NCBI GenBank assembly: GCA_951406725.2
Contig: OX597819.1
Span: 116,684,001-116,748,000, forward strand
DNA from: Octopus vulgaris
Lineage: Eukaryota
Direction of reading: 5' to 3'
Length of the DNA stretch: 64,000 bases
Position 1 is the first letter of the stretch. Each line of letters starts with the position of its first letter. Shown piece after piece: positions 13,809 to 26,695 of this stretch. Made by a program: the position numbers and the translations under genes. Under the pieces are notes generated by a model. The model was not told the origin of the DNA and did not search any database. It worked only from the letters and a program-made list of their open reading frames with translations.

Positions 13809-14029
13809 TATGATTGTGTGTCTGTGTTTACCCGCCCAACATCACTTACCAACCGATGCTGGTGTGTTTACGTCCCTGTAACTTAGCAGTTCGGCAAAGA
13901 ACCCGATAGAATATGTCCTACGCGTACAAAGTATAAGTCCTGGGGGTCGATCTGCTCCACTCAAGGTGGTGCTCAAACATGGCCTTAGTCAAATGACTGA
14001 AACAAGTGAAAGAGTAAGAGAGTAAAAGT
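12374..14029 (+). mobile_element. SINE family A split by insertions into its internal (TA)n
   Basis: 5' half at about 12374-12545 and 3' half at about 13810-14029, colinear with intact copies. Confidence 0.8.
12853..13730. repeat. Partial tandem duplication (494-bp period) plus inverted terminal segment, PLE-like architecture
   Basis: 12853-13172 matches 13347-13660 (one visible substitution, poly-A length change); 13658-13730 is an inverted copy of 13247-13323; (TA)n on both flanks. Confidence 0.9.
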
Positions 14030-14773
14030 GTAGAATTGGATCGTAGTTGTTCTTATACATGTAATCATTACACTAATTATTGTAATAAAATACTAATTAA
14101 TTATGTAATATTTTATTTAATGTAGACATACATAAATACACACATACATAGTTGTACCAAATCTACGTATGAAGACTACGTGTGCATTTATGAGTGTGTT
14201 TGTATATATACTTCTAGATATATCGGTGCTTCAAGCATAACCTAATACCCTTTGATATTGCATTTATGTTAATTTATCTGATTCAGCTCGTTGCAGTTCT
14301 TAACCATTTAACGTAGACACTCCTAGGCAGCTTTGTTCAAATTTCTACCCGTATTAAACTAAGTTAAAATGATACCAGAAACATAGTCACATCGTATTTC
14401 GAAGTAATCTCTACAGTCATGCACCCTAAGTTTTATGATCCCATTATTTTCTTTAAGAAGGTCTGTCATACGCTTAAATTATCAGTTCACTTCACGCACC
14501 GGCATGTGTAAGACCTTGAATAATGCTGAATAGAAATGTTCACCTCCGCTGAATTAGTGCTGTGAATGAAACAACTAAATGCACACAAATTAATTTAATG
14601 AAAACAGTACCATAATAAACAAATGTTAAAGACTTATAATTCTCCATTGTTCTATATGATGGCTTCGTTATATAGTCTGCACGCTGTATGGAATACACTG
14701 AGGCGAACAAGATATACTTATAGTGCGCAGTAATGTGTAATTGTGTATCTTAAACAGTCGACATTTGATATGC

Positions 14774-14844
<71 letters not shown>

Positions 14845-15147
14845 GTGTGTGTGTAAATGTATACATACACCCCCCCACACACACACATATGTACCCGCTT
14901 AAGTATGTATGCATATAGATACGTACATATACATATGCACACATACATACAATGAAATAGCGTTTATACTCTAAGCTTTGTGGCTAGTCTAATCTGTATG
15001 CATGTACTTTCAGGAGTAGTCATTAAGTCAACTATATATAGATATAGGTTAAATATCAAGATTAATCAGCCGAAATTGCGAAGATGATCCGGTTCATCTG
15101 TTTTTTGTATCGTCTTCACGTTCTTGTCCCAGTTTGTATATTTTTAC

Positions 15148-15274
<127 letters not shown>

Positions 15275-15537
15275 CATAAATATATACATACATACATACA
15301 CACATATAAAAGTATCAATATGTTAGAGAAAGAACGAGAAGCCCTGACTTTAGTTTATTTCTGATTCTATTACGATCCAATGGAGTGTCATTTCTTTGGT
15401 TATGAATAACCCTAGTGATATAAGTGTATGATAGTTATTGCGTGCGGTGGATGAACAATTAGACTACAACTATATATATATACATATAAGAGTAAAAAGA
15501 GTAAAGATATCTATATATATGTATATATCTATATATC

Positions 15538-15577
<40 letters not shown>

Positions 15578-15595
15578 ATATTTATATAAATATGA

Positions 15596-15639
<44 letters not shown>

Positions 15640-16140
15640 ATATATCCATATATAAATACATCTGTATCTATGTATTTGTGTGTAAATATATATTATGTGC
15701 ATACATAATATAACGTTCGTACGTGTACATGCATGTATGCATCTATCTATCTATCTACACAATCATATAAATCATACACGCGCGTACACAATATACCTCC
15801 ATGTAAGTTTTGTTCAGTCAATTCTAAAATAGAACTATGACAATGTACTTTATTAAGAAATTTGTGGAGGAAACAAAATGTTCTATTGAAGACAATAACT
15901 ATATTATTTGAGCAAATAGATCTCTTAAAGATCATACACGCGCGTACCAATTATATAAAATTAGTTGTAGTCGTCTTGAGCGACAAATTTAGAAACAGAC
16001 ATTGAAAGAAAAATCATATTGCAATTCTCATACAATGTATATGAAAAGTTTCGGCAATAATGTTTTGACTCTAAGTTTATATCCATGTTAACATTTTTTT
16101 GACAGATTACATGGCGTCTATGTGAAAGAAACTACTGACA

Positions 16141-16522
16141 TCTCTCTCTATATAAACGGCAGTTTGTCTGTGCGTGTTTCTGTGTGTCTGTTTGCTTGTA
16201 CCCTCACCCTGACCACGGCTTTCAACCGATTCTGATGAAACTTGACACACACATAGCCCAATGTCATAATTCAAAGCTAACGCAGCGAAAATTTTGAAAA
16301 GTTCCCCCAGTTCTGAAAAAAATCGATAAATTCGACATGGGGTCGAGAATCAGAAACACAAACCGCAAACTGTCTAGGGGACGCAACTCCACCTTTTTTA
16401 ACTAAAAAAAAATTTACCATCATCTTTTTCCATTTTTTTGCTATTTTTTGGCTATAACTCTCTAAAAATGCTTTATAGTTATTTCCCTTACAAACCTGAG
16501 CAACGCCGGGCGATACTGCTAG
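16141..16522 (+). mobile_element. Non-autonomous Helitron
   Basis: Inserted between A and T, 5' TC..TATATAAA, subterminal hairpin-like CCTGAGCAACGCCGGG, 3' CTAG, no TSD. Confidence 0.85.
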
Positions 16523-17046
16523 TCTTCGCTATATTAGATCGTATTATGTTCGTACACTGAGGTCGTTTTACTTATACCTACGTATGAATCTTCTTTTTCT
16601 TGTCTAGAAATATATGCACGGTAATGTGTATGTATGCATATATACATATGTACATACAGACATACATTAAATTCACGCACGCATGCACACGCGCGCCCAC
16701 ACAATCATTAGAATGCGGCCATGAAGCAGCACTGTCTCGAATAACTTTTAGTCGAATGAATCCACCGGACACAATTTATGTATTATTTATTAATGGCTAA
16801 CACTTATTCCGTCGCTGACATTTGCTGAGCCGCTACAGTACAGGGATATAAATTCAACAACTTCCTTTGCCAAGCACTAGCTGTTCCCTAACACAGATAC
16901 ACAAACACACACACACACACACACACTCACACATGCACACGCGTTCACACGCACACGTGTTTGTATATGTATAAATACATGCAAACCTAGTTATCCTTTA
17001 TATAAATACACACACAGACACACACACGCACATATGTATGTATATA

Positions 17047-17098
<52 letters not shown>

Positions 17099-17174
17099 TC
17101 CTTTTTGTCTCGGGAGACAATGGAGTTGAGCATAAAATAATTTAGTCCGCCTTTTACATTTCATGTCCTAATAC

Positions 17175-17238
<64 letters not shown>

Positions 17239-17610
17239 GTGTGTACATATATATATATACGTGAATGCATACATACTTGCACGTGCAAATTGGTGTATTT
17301 ATGCATGTGTCATGTAGGTGTATATTCAAGCAATTATGTTCACAAGAGTTATGACTTCAATGTCTACCTTGTACACCATTTGTACTTGTCCGAAGGTCGG
17401 GCCATCGATAACTGACTAGGAAATATTTTCCAATGGTTGGAGTATATGTGATCATCCTGAAAATTTAAAATCAATGCGTATTGAAGTTAGATGGGTATCG
17501 TTTTTGGACAAATAATGATTCACTGCTTCATTACAACTACTGCCGTCTTCAATTATTGGAATCTTATTGCAAAAGATCACCAGAACAGAACGATAGCAAT
17601 TCCAGAAGTC

Positions 17611-17824
17611 GGCGAGCTTGCAGAAACGTTAGCATGCCAGGCGAAATGCTTAGCGATATTTCGTCTGCCGCTACGTTCTGAGTTCAAATTCCGCAGAAGT
17701 CGACTTTGGCTTTCATCCTCTCGGGGTCGATAATTCAAGTACTAGTTGCCTACTGCGGTCGATGTAATCGACTGGACCCCCCCCCCAAATTTCGGGCATG
17801 GTACCTAGAGTAGAAAAGATTATT
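17611..17824 (+). mobile_element. SINE family B monomer (tail type 1)
   Basis: GGCGAGCTTGCAGAAACGTTAGC head, GAGTTCAAATTCC B-box-like motif, tail CCTAGAGTAGAAAAGATTATT. Confidence 0.85.
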
Positions 17825-18721
17825 CCGGGTTGATGAAATAAGCTTTATTTTTAATAAACGACCTTTTGAATATTAGGGTAGATAATAATTTTGAGTAGAA
17901 AACAATTTTGGTATAAATTTCTTGAATTATATTCGACTATTTGTTACTGCGATGCGTTAAGATAAACCGGTTAATTAGAGAACGTGTATAGTGAATGGCA
18001 GAACCTGTCCCAAACCACCAAAGAAACCGTAAGACCAGGTGATCTGAAGTATTATATAGGTATATGTAAAGACAGAAAGATATTCCACTCCAGTGACCCT
18101 TCATTGTTCAGCGTACAAACGTATTCTATGCTCAAACTGTACATCAAATCATGCATCCACTGAATTCTGTTTCTGAATTTAATACTTATTTGAAACTTCG
18201 GTCTACCTCGGGTACAAATCGGTAGACAGCATTAACATGTTAACTGTCTTATTTTCTATATTCTATATTTCTATATTATTTTCTATATTTTCTTCAGCAG
18301 TGGAAAGGAGATTCTCAGGGAGAATCGAATTACTCACTATATTTAAATATAAGATGCCGGCTCATGGCAAAACCTAAATAGGGAAAAATCTAAAACTGGC
18401 ATTTGTAGAACAAAGGTAACTGCTTTCTTTCGAGCAAAGTAGAACATTGCGAACGTCTGTCTATACCATTTATTAGGAGTTACTTTACTAGAAAATTAGC
18501 TCTTTGGCTACAACATAATAATTCACCAAACCAAATGATAATTTATCAACAGTATCTACAGTAAGACGCGTGAAAATGGTTGTGAAATAGTGGACACATA
18601 GCCGTATCGCAACAGAGGGGATATAAAATAATGCAATAAACAATATAATGGCGAAGAATGATGATGACATAAATTTAAACTAGTGGTGAGAAAAATACAT
18701 AAATTGATATGTAGAAATATA

Positions 18722-18810
<89 letters not shown>

Positions 18811-18898
18811 ATAAATATATATATAAATTTCTATATCTATTAATACATACATATAATTTCATACATGTATACAAAATACATAAATATACATGCATATG

Positions 18899-18929
<31 letters not shown>

Positions 18930-20492
18930 GTTCTCTCCCCCATCATGTATAAATAGTATATGCATGGTTGTATTTCAGAAAAAGTAAATATGTGTTAATG
19001 TAATGTTCTCTCTATTGTAATATGTACACTTTAGTGGGTGTCATTCTTCAAACTTCATGTGAAGTGTTGACGCTTTTTGAATTTTTTGTGTGAAGTATTT
19101 GTATATTCCTCTAATGTTTGCTTTGTGTTTATGTTTCATAGAAAAATATATGCCACTTTTCAACTTTCAATTGCTTTTTTTTCTATATTTTTGCTGTTGG
19201 GTATATTTTTTCATTCTCTCCACTTGCCGTGTTACGTTTGAAGTTGTCCTTAGTTTTTATCACATTGTCTACCTCGATTATGTAATTGGAATTATATTTT
19301 TCTATATTCCCTTGTGATATGTTTTTTTAATCTTTTTTTTTTTGTCAGATATGTCTAGAATTATTTTGTTGAATGTATCTTCTGAGCTAGTTCTGATATT
19401 GAGTTCAGCTAACCATAATTCTAATTTCTCGTGGAACAGTGGAAGCGGCTCCACTGGGATTAGGTTAAGTTGAAAAGAGTTTTTCCATTGTTCATTGATG
19501 TGTTAGTGTATTCTGATAACAATAATAGTGACGTACTCGGATGAGAGATTAGAAAATGTTGATTATATATTTGCTAGCTAGGTGTGTAGCGCATAGTGTA
19601 ATGTATAGGGGCGATTTTTCAAACTAAACTAAGTGTGCCACACCGGAGAACTGCAGTTGGTTATTTAAGATAGAAAATGTAGTTTAGTGTACATACTTTT
19701 GTCTGTGATGCTGTGTTAACTGCATAAATTTCATGACAGGTTTTTATTTAATTTAAAATGTTTGTTGATTTGCTCCGTGTCAAGGGTCTGTGGCCATGGT
19801 ATTCATCTGGCTCTTGAAGGCATTTTTGAATGATGCAATCGATATTCCTCCTGAAATTGCAAGAAATATAGAAATTAAATTGAACTATCAGGGAATTCTA
19901 GAACTATGTGCTGTGAACGAACGAACGTGCGCGCGGTGATAAGAACTTGATCTTTGGTGTGGAGAATAAAATTGCCGAGAGAGAAGGTTCATTGAGTGGG
20001 TTGCGTTGGGTAGTGGTTCTGCCACATGTCCACCGACGTCCAAATGATAGCAATCGCTGTAGCAAAATTCTTAATGCTTTAAATCATATTTTATATTTTA
20101 TGAGATTTAAACCAGTTGAGTTGGGAAATGAAAATAGTGATTTGGTAGACCTGGTCACATACATGTTTATACATACATACATACATACATACATACATAC
20201 ATACATACATACATACATACATACATACATACACACACATAATACATACATACATACATACATACATATAATCCATATACACACAAGTGTATGTATGCAT
20301 ATATATATGTGTATATGTATATATATATATACATAATACATATATTTACATACATATATATATAAGCATTCATATACATATATAGAGATGTATGGGTATA
20401 TATGGATACATATATATATATATATATTTTTTTCTAGTTTCAGCTCAGAGCTGCGGCCATGCTGATGCACCGCCGTTAGTATGTTGTGTACC

Positions 20493-20565
20493 AGTCGCCA
20501 GGGAGGATCAAACTCCCGGCCCCTGGTTTACAAGACCAGTGCTCTAGCCACTGAGGTATGGAGGC
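20493..20565 (-). pseudogene. tRNA-Thr(TGT)-derived sequence, probably the head of a retroposed SINE-like element
   Basis: 73-nt cloverleaf with perfect anticodon arm CTGGT-CT-TGT-AA-ACCAG and T-stem GGGAG/CTCCC; two acceptor-stem mismatches, G10C and C56T; followed by a SINE tail, not an oligo-T terminator. Confidence 0.85.
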
Positions 20566-20639
20566 AGTCCATATATATATATATAATATATATACGTATG
20601 CATATACACACACATACACACATACATACACACACAGAT

Positions 20640-20842
20640 TTCAGGTCATCCCATAAGTTCTGTCTGAATTTTGAATAAAGAAAACAAGCGATTAAATGTT
20701 ATATTTAATTGAAATTTAATCATCAATCTAATTTCCCTGATTATCTATGACTTCCTTGCATCTATTTACAAGTTTTTAAATCCCATCAATATAAAACTCT
20801 TTTGGTTTCAAAGCGAAGAAATCTGAAATGTCAGTTTCGACC
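20640..20842 (-). mobile_element. Mariner 3' end fragment
   Basis: Minus strand VETDISDFFALKPKEFYIDGI..LVNRCKEVIDNQG; end sequence GGTCATCCCAT shared with the element at 52564. Confidence 0.75.
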
Positions 20843-21360
20843 ATGACATATAAACGTGAGACAAGTAAATAAATAATTAAAGTGTTAGTGACTACGATAA
20901 TTTATTTTTTCTAATGCTGTCCCTTAAGATCATATCCCCTTAGTCATCATTCTTTAGTTGTCGTACTCAATCACATATTCATTTATTTATTTATATGCTT
21001 GTCTAAATATAATTTAATTTAATTCATTTTAATCTAGTTTGAATGTTATTTTCCTCTCCTCCATGCCCATAGGGGCCACCGTTGTTTATCCGTTTATTTT
21101 AAAATTTATTTATTTACTTATTTATTTATCTCAATTGTTTTTGTGTTATCTGTTAACCATCAAAGAACCGGAACCGCTTCATAGTTTTCAAAAAGGTAGC
21201 TGAGCAATTAGGTTTCATGAGTGAGCGCAGACACTGGCACAAAGATTCAGGGACTTGTTGATAAAAAAAAATAACGAACACGAATTATTTCTTTATTACT
21301 CATAAGGGTTTACACAGATGGGGACAATACAATATGATTTGGGGTCATGTGAATGAATTG

Positions 21361-21438
21361 GAATTATTTACAATGAAATCGAATGAATTATTTACAATGA
21401 AATCGAATGAGTTATTTACAATGAAATCGAATGAATTA
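21361..21438. repeat. 24-bp tandem repeat, about 3.25 copies
   Basis: Unit GAATTATTTACAATGAAATCGAAT. Confidence 0.9.
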
Positions 21439-21764
21439 CAAGAACACACGAACAAACGAACACGAATGCCGTATTTTGGTCATCACCAGGTGCCATACGC
21501 TCTTTAGTACCAACTGCCATCCTACATATAAACGTCCACCTCCGAAACACGGACCATACTTTCAAACCCACCACTGCAAACACAAACATAACGTGTATTT
21601 ATATGTGAACAAAATAAGAAGCATTGCCTAACTTTACCCGTCATAAAAAAACCAACTCATCCTAGGAATGAATATACCTACTTATCCACCACTGGACAAA
21701 ATATCACGAATCTTGGAAGGCAACACTTGAAGTCTATGACTTATTTCTATTTCCTATACCTAAT

Positions 21765-22204
21765 CTGCGCTGGCTCGGACGGTCGCATGCAGGGCGGTCG
21801 CATGCCTAAAGACATCCTGTACAGCGAACTCACCACGGGATCCCGACCCAAGGGACGTCCACAGCTACGATACAGGGATGTGTGCAAGCGCGACCTGAGG
21901 ACCTGTGGACACGTGGGAGGTAACAGCTGCTGACCGCTCTGCCTGGCGTCGGACAGTGAGGAAAGGCGTTTCCATGGCTGAGGAAAGGAGAGCACAGCTG
22001 TGGTCGGACAGGCGGGACAGGAGGAGGACAACTGCAGCAACACCCCACACGTACCCATCGATGTTCGTGTGCAGCAACTGTACCAGGGACTGCCACTCTA
22101 GAATTGGACTGTTCAGTCACAGCAGACGCTGCTCATCATCAAAGTAGGCCCCACCCTTGGCGCGACCCATTGTCTATCAAGACAGACGGGGAAGAGAGAG
22201 AGAT
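21765..22204 (+). mobile_element. 5'-truncated RTE-clade (BovB-like) LINE
   Basis: LRWLG..GRMPKDILYSELTTGSRPKGRPQLRYRDVCKRDL / DTWEVTAADRSAWRRTVRKG..FVCSNCTRDCHSRIGLFSHSRRC*; frameshifted; short 3' UTR ending in (GA)n. Confidence 0.9.
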
Positions 22205-22238
22205 ATATAAAATAATGTTACATTTACTCAATAGTCAT

Positions 22239-22299
22239 GATAAAATTCTGAGTTTCAGATGCCGAAGTGGAAATCCACAACACCATCTCTTCGGTTATC
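22239..22299 (-). ncRNA. Type I hammerhead-like motif in the PLE 3' pseudo-LTR (core variant CCGAAGA)
   Basis: GATAA-CCGAAGA-GATG..CATC-T-GAAA-CTCaGAAT-T-TTATC; the second partial copy at about 24707-24729 has the intact stem III ACTCaGAGT. Confidence 0.6.
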
Positions 22300-22991
22300 T
22301 GGCCATCTGAAAAACGTTATGAAAAAATACCGTTATATAAAGGGAAATTACTATATTATAATTCTGCTCGCGAACCCACGTGCGTACTTATACGTCACTA
22401 TGAAAACGTACACATCTTCACTCGCATTTTTCGCCGAATATATACGCATATATATACAATCTCATACGCACACACATGCGTATCGTAAAAGTTCATACAT
22501 ACGTCTATATACGCACAAGCACAAGAAAAACCATGGTTAAAGGTAACAGAAAAAACATAAGGAAGTATACAAAGCATAAAAACCACGTTCATATACGGAC
22601 ATGCCCCTATGCACTCATACACACACACGCCCATATAAGTACATACCCGCACATATTTATATACACATACATACACACGCATATACAAAAAATGAATATA
22701 CATATGCCCCCCACCCCCCAAAAATGGAAAAATCCGAAGTAAAAACGTCTATATATATATGTGCATTCTTATGCCCGCACACACGCACATATCTAAATCT
22801 GCCCACTCATACATATTCACACACGTGTACAAATGAATTTATATACACGTCTATATAGGCACAGGAAAAAATGCAGGATAGAAAAGTACAGAAAAAATTA
22901 TTATGTGTGAAAATATAAAAATATATGAAATAATAAAAGGTATGTATAATGAGATAAAACACTTTTTGGGACATAATATAGAAAGCAAGTT

Positions 22992-24660
22992 CTATCTGTT
23001 TTCTTTAGGGGACCAAAAACGTAACAAAACTTTTGTCACATGTTGGCATGATCCAAAAAGTTCGGTCCTTGAGTTTAGACATGTAGTAGGATCTAAGCTG
23101 CTTTTCCAGATAAGCCATCTCTCCATGTCGCATAGACCGCACCTTCCACTGCCGTTGGTGTAGGGCTTACATTTGGCAAAAATCTTCCAATGGATGTTAT
23201 AATCGACACCTTTATCATTTAAAGACCAAATATGATTAGATAATGTTGTCGCTTTTCTTTTGTTCCAGTGCCTAAAACTCAAAGTGTGGTTATTGAACCT
23301 GGCCTTGAAATTACCCTCTGTAAGGCCCACGTATTTTTTCGTCGAAACGGTGTCTTTAGTGGTTATAGAGTCCACGGTAGCTTCATAGATGATTGTCTCG
23401 GACATGCAAGCTCCATTTAGCGGGCACAATTTTTTATTCCTGCATGAACAGCTGTTTTCTTGTGGTTTTTTGTGTGTTATGTGTGATTATATTTTTAAAA
23501 TTGGTAGTAGAACTAAAACTAATTTTTAAATTGTGTTTATTGAAGAGTTTCCTATAAGTATGGTTAACTGGAAAATGTCTATCTATCAGTGTTAAGAAAT
23601 ATTTACCTATATTGAAGGTCACCTCGGTGGAGTAAGGGGGTGTTATCCAGATGATCTTCCTATTTCTATTTTTCCTCTTCTTTACTGTTGGGCTAGTAAC
23701 AGGTGTATATTTTATTTTTTCGCTAAAACCACTATCTTTTATAAACTGGGGCAACGCTATTAAAAAAATGTCCTTATCGGAGGAGAGGCTAGAAATTCTC
23801 TTACTAATATTTTAAACTAAATTTTTGAATACTATAGGGGGATGGCATGAACCTACATTAATATAACTAAGTCTATCATTGGCCTTCCAATAAGGCTTAT
23901 AAATATTCTTAGTTAGATCTAAGGAAACGTCTAGGAAATTGACAACCGTCAGGTTAGTATCTATAGTTATACTAAGTCCGAAGTATTTCCTTAATTGGAT
24001 AATATCCTTCCTAAAACGATCCTGTGCTGGTCCATTTGTATTAGCGGTTAAAGCGAGGGCATCATCTTTGTAGATGGCGAAATATACGTCAGGAAATATC
24101 TTACTGAAAGTATCTAGGAGAAAAAATCCAATAAGATCGCAAATGCCTGCTCCAGCATATGACCCCATGCTCACATCGAAAGCACCCTCTGTGTCGGCAT
24201 TTTTGACCCACTTTGCGTTCTCACTGAAAAGTAAGGTCTTTCTAGCATGGAAGATTATGTCCTTATCATTTGTACTGATTTCTATGAAATCGCTAGCGAA
24301 GACGAGGGCTTTATCTAGCAGTTCTTTAGAGATAGAGGCATAAAAATCAACAATATCGAATTGTGTAAACATCGCTTTTTTCTTATTCTTAATGGCTTTA
24401 AACCAGTCTACATCTTCTATACTATTGGACCATTGTACTAGCCTAGTAGCGGTTTTAATTTTCGCATTTATTTTATCTAAAATTTCCTTACTAATAATCC
24501 CAAGTTCTGACTCAGCTGGGTTGATAAGCTTACATTTAGGGTTGGAAAGAAAGTTCTCTTTGTGGTCTTTAATTGTAATAAAGGCCTCTTTTTGGGGAAG
24601 GACTTCTATTTTTTTTTATCTAATTTAAGTTTAGCGGCGATAGGCTAGCTTCTTTATTAA
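22992..24660 (-). pseudogene. Frameshifted PLE reverse transcriptase / GIY-YIG endonuclease
   Basis: RT motifs FDIVDFYASI, FDVSMGSYAGAGICDLIG, YKDD, FLDVSLDL; linker CSCRNKKLCPLNGAC; endonuclease IIY..YVGLTEGNFKARFNNH, CGLC, LNSRTELFGSCQH; split over several ORFs. Confidence 0.9.
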
Positions 24661-24827
24661 TTTCATTATATGTCTGTGGCCTAACTTTAGTGTAATTATT
24701 TATTACATCTGAAACTCAGAGTTTTATCTTGACTATTGTGTAAATGTAACATTATTTTATAGATAAATTTCCTCTTTTTACATAATATTGAGGTCTCTTT
24801 CTTTCTTTTGTTATCTTACCGTTTTTA

Positions 24828-24910
<83 letters not shown>

Positions 24911-25092
24911 TTATATATATTAATAATAAAGTGATTGTTTCTTATCAGGAACAAACTGTTTAATAGGACTGCTACAGAAGTGGTCAATTAAATGAGACAA
25001 ATATATTAAACTATGGTTGCAGAACAAACAAATATAAGGTCACCCACGTAACATTTCATATCCCGAAAATTTAATCACATAATGCTTTTTCT

Positions 25093-25169
<77 letters not shown>

Positions 25170-25519
25170 GCCAATCAGACATTTGGAATGAAAATTCACA
25201 TTAATACAAAGGGAAAATTCTGTGTATCTGGCTTTCTGGGTATTATATCAATAGAATACTACATCAAACAAAGACGATAAGAAATAATGTACAACGAAGA
25301 AAAAATCGTCCTCACTTCGCAAAATACAGTTTTGCTTGGACGTGTGAAATTATCTTCACAATGGAATAAGAACTTGTGAGATTTTAATCTTTCACTCCTG
25401 ACACTCATATACATACATACACACGCGTACAGTCCCACGGGCTCTCCCTCTCTCATTTACGAACACACACAGATGCACAGGCAGATCCCTACGCATATAT
25501 ATATATATATGTGTGTGTG

Positions 25520-25576
25520 TGTATTTATCTACCTATCTATATATACGCCTCTATATATACTTATATACATATATAC

Positions 25577-25630
<54 letters not shown>

Positions 25631-25651
25631 TATACTTATATACATATATAC

Positions 25652-25695
<44 letters not shown>

Positions 25696-25752
25696 GTATA
25701 TATGTATATAAGTATATATAGAGGCGTATATATAGATAGGTAGATAAATACA
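25520..25752. repeat. Fold-back palindrome inside a (TA)-rich microsatellite
   Basis: TGTATTTATCTACCTATCTATATATACGCCTCTATATATACTTATATAC.. recurs as its reverse complement ending at 25752. Confidence 0.9.
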
Positions 25753-25827
25753 TATATAGATACATATATATAACTACATATATAAATACATAGATAAATA
25801 CATATATAAATACATATATAGATAGGT

Positions 25828-25874
<47 letters not shown>

Positions 25875-25879
25875 CAAAT

Positions 25880-25969
<90 letters not shown>

Positions 25970-26231
25970 AGTGATAGATAGATAAATAGATAAACATGGC
26001 AAAAAAAAAGAGATCGACGATGGAATATGCTGTGGGATTGAATTTTGAGTAACTATTAAAATAACTTACTTTATGGTATGGATGACTTAAGTTTACTTTT
26101 AACGATTTGTACAAAACCGAGTACATAGTGAACTCTCTTTGTGATCATCCATATCTGCTAATAGATATATTGCATGTTGGTTTCTCTTTTCTCCATTTGC
26201 GATTTAATTTTGATCTGCTATGTAAATGAAG

Positions 26232-26695
26232 ATATTGGATCTTTTCGGTTTGAACGGCAATTTTTTCTAGCGGTGTCATATGAAATTGTCACCCATAATT
26301 ATGACCCTAGTATCGATCTATTGCATTTCAATCAGTTTTAGGGTTAGGGTTAGTTAGGGTTAGTTATGGTTAGGGTTAGGATTAGGGTTATCGGTGGGGG
26401 GAAGGGTATTTTTTTTTCTTCGCAAATGTAAATAAACCCAATCTATTTCTTAAACAAGGGATATATCCATACGTCACAGATGTATTTTAACTCAATGGAC
26501 GTCACTGATTGGTTGAAATTGCAGAAATTGAAGAAAAAAAACAACAAATATCTTACAAACTATAGAATTGTCTCAATAACGCCAAGAGAAAAAGATGTTT
26601 TATAAACACATTCTACCAGTATACGACATTTAAAATTTTTTAGTTACCTAGAAATTATGTTAAAATCTGCCGTTCAAACCGAAAAGATCCAATAT
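26232..26695. mobile_element. MITE-like TIR element containing telomere-type TTAGGG repeats
   Basis: Perfect 28-bp inverted ends (26232-26259 / 26668-26695); degenerate (TTAGGG)n at about 26338-26390. Confidence 0.85.

Larger units (their letters stand above)
22206..24830 (-). mobile_element. Penelope-like element (Hydra-clade motifs) with inverted pseudo-LTR segment at its 5' end
   Basis: RT plus C-terminal GIY-YIG ORF remnants; 24707-24760 is an inverted copy of 22206-22261; right end abuts (TA)n. Confidence 0.85.

Noticed and set aside
19080-19900. Possible very old PLE RT remnant on the minus strand
   Set aside because: Only vague motif echoes; not supportable without a profile search
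20493-20565. Functional tRNA-Thr gene
   Set aside because: Acceptor and D-stem mismatches, altered T-loop, and a SINE tail instead of a terminator
21361-21438. CRISPR-like array
   Set aside because: Head-to-tail repeats with no spacers, in a eukaryotic context
26338-26390. True telomere or chromosome-fusion site
   Set aside because: Short, degenerate, single orientation and enclosed by TIRs
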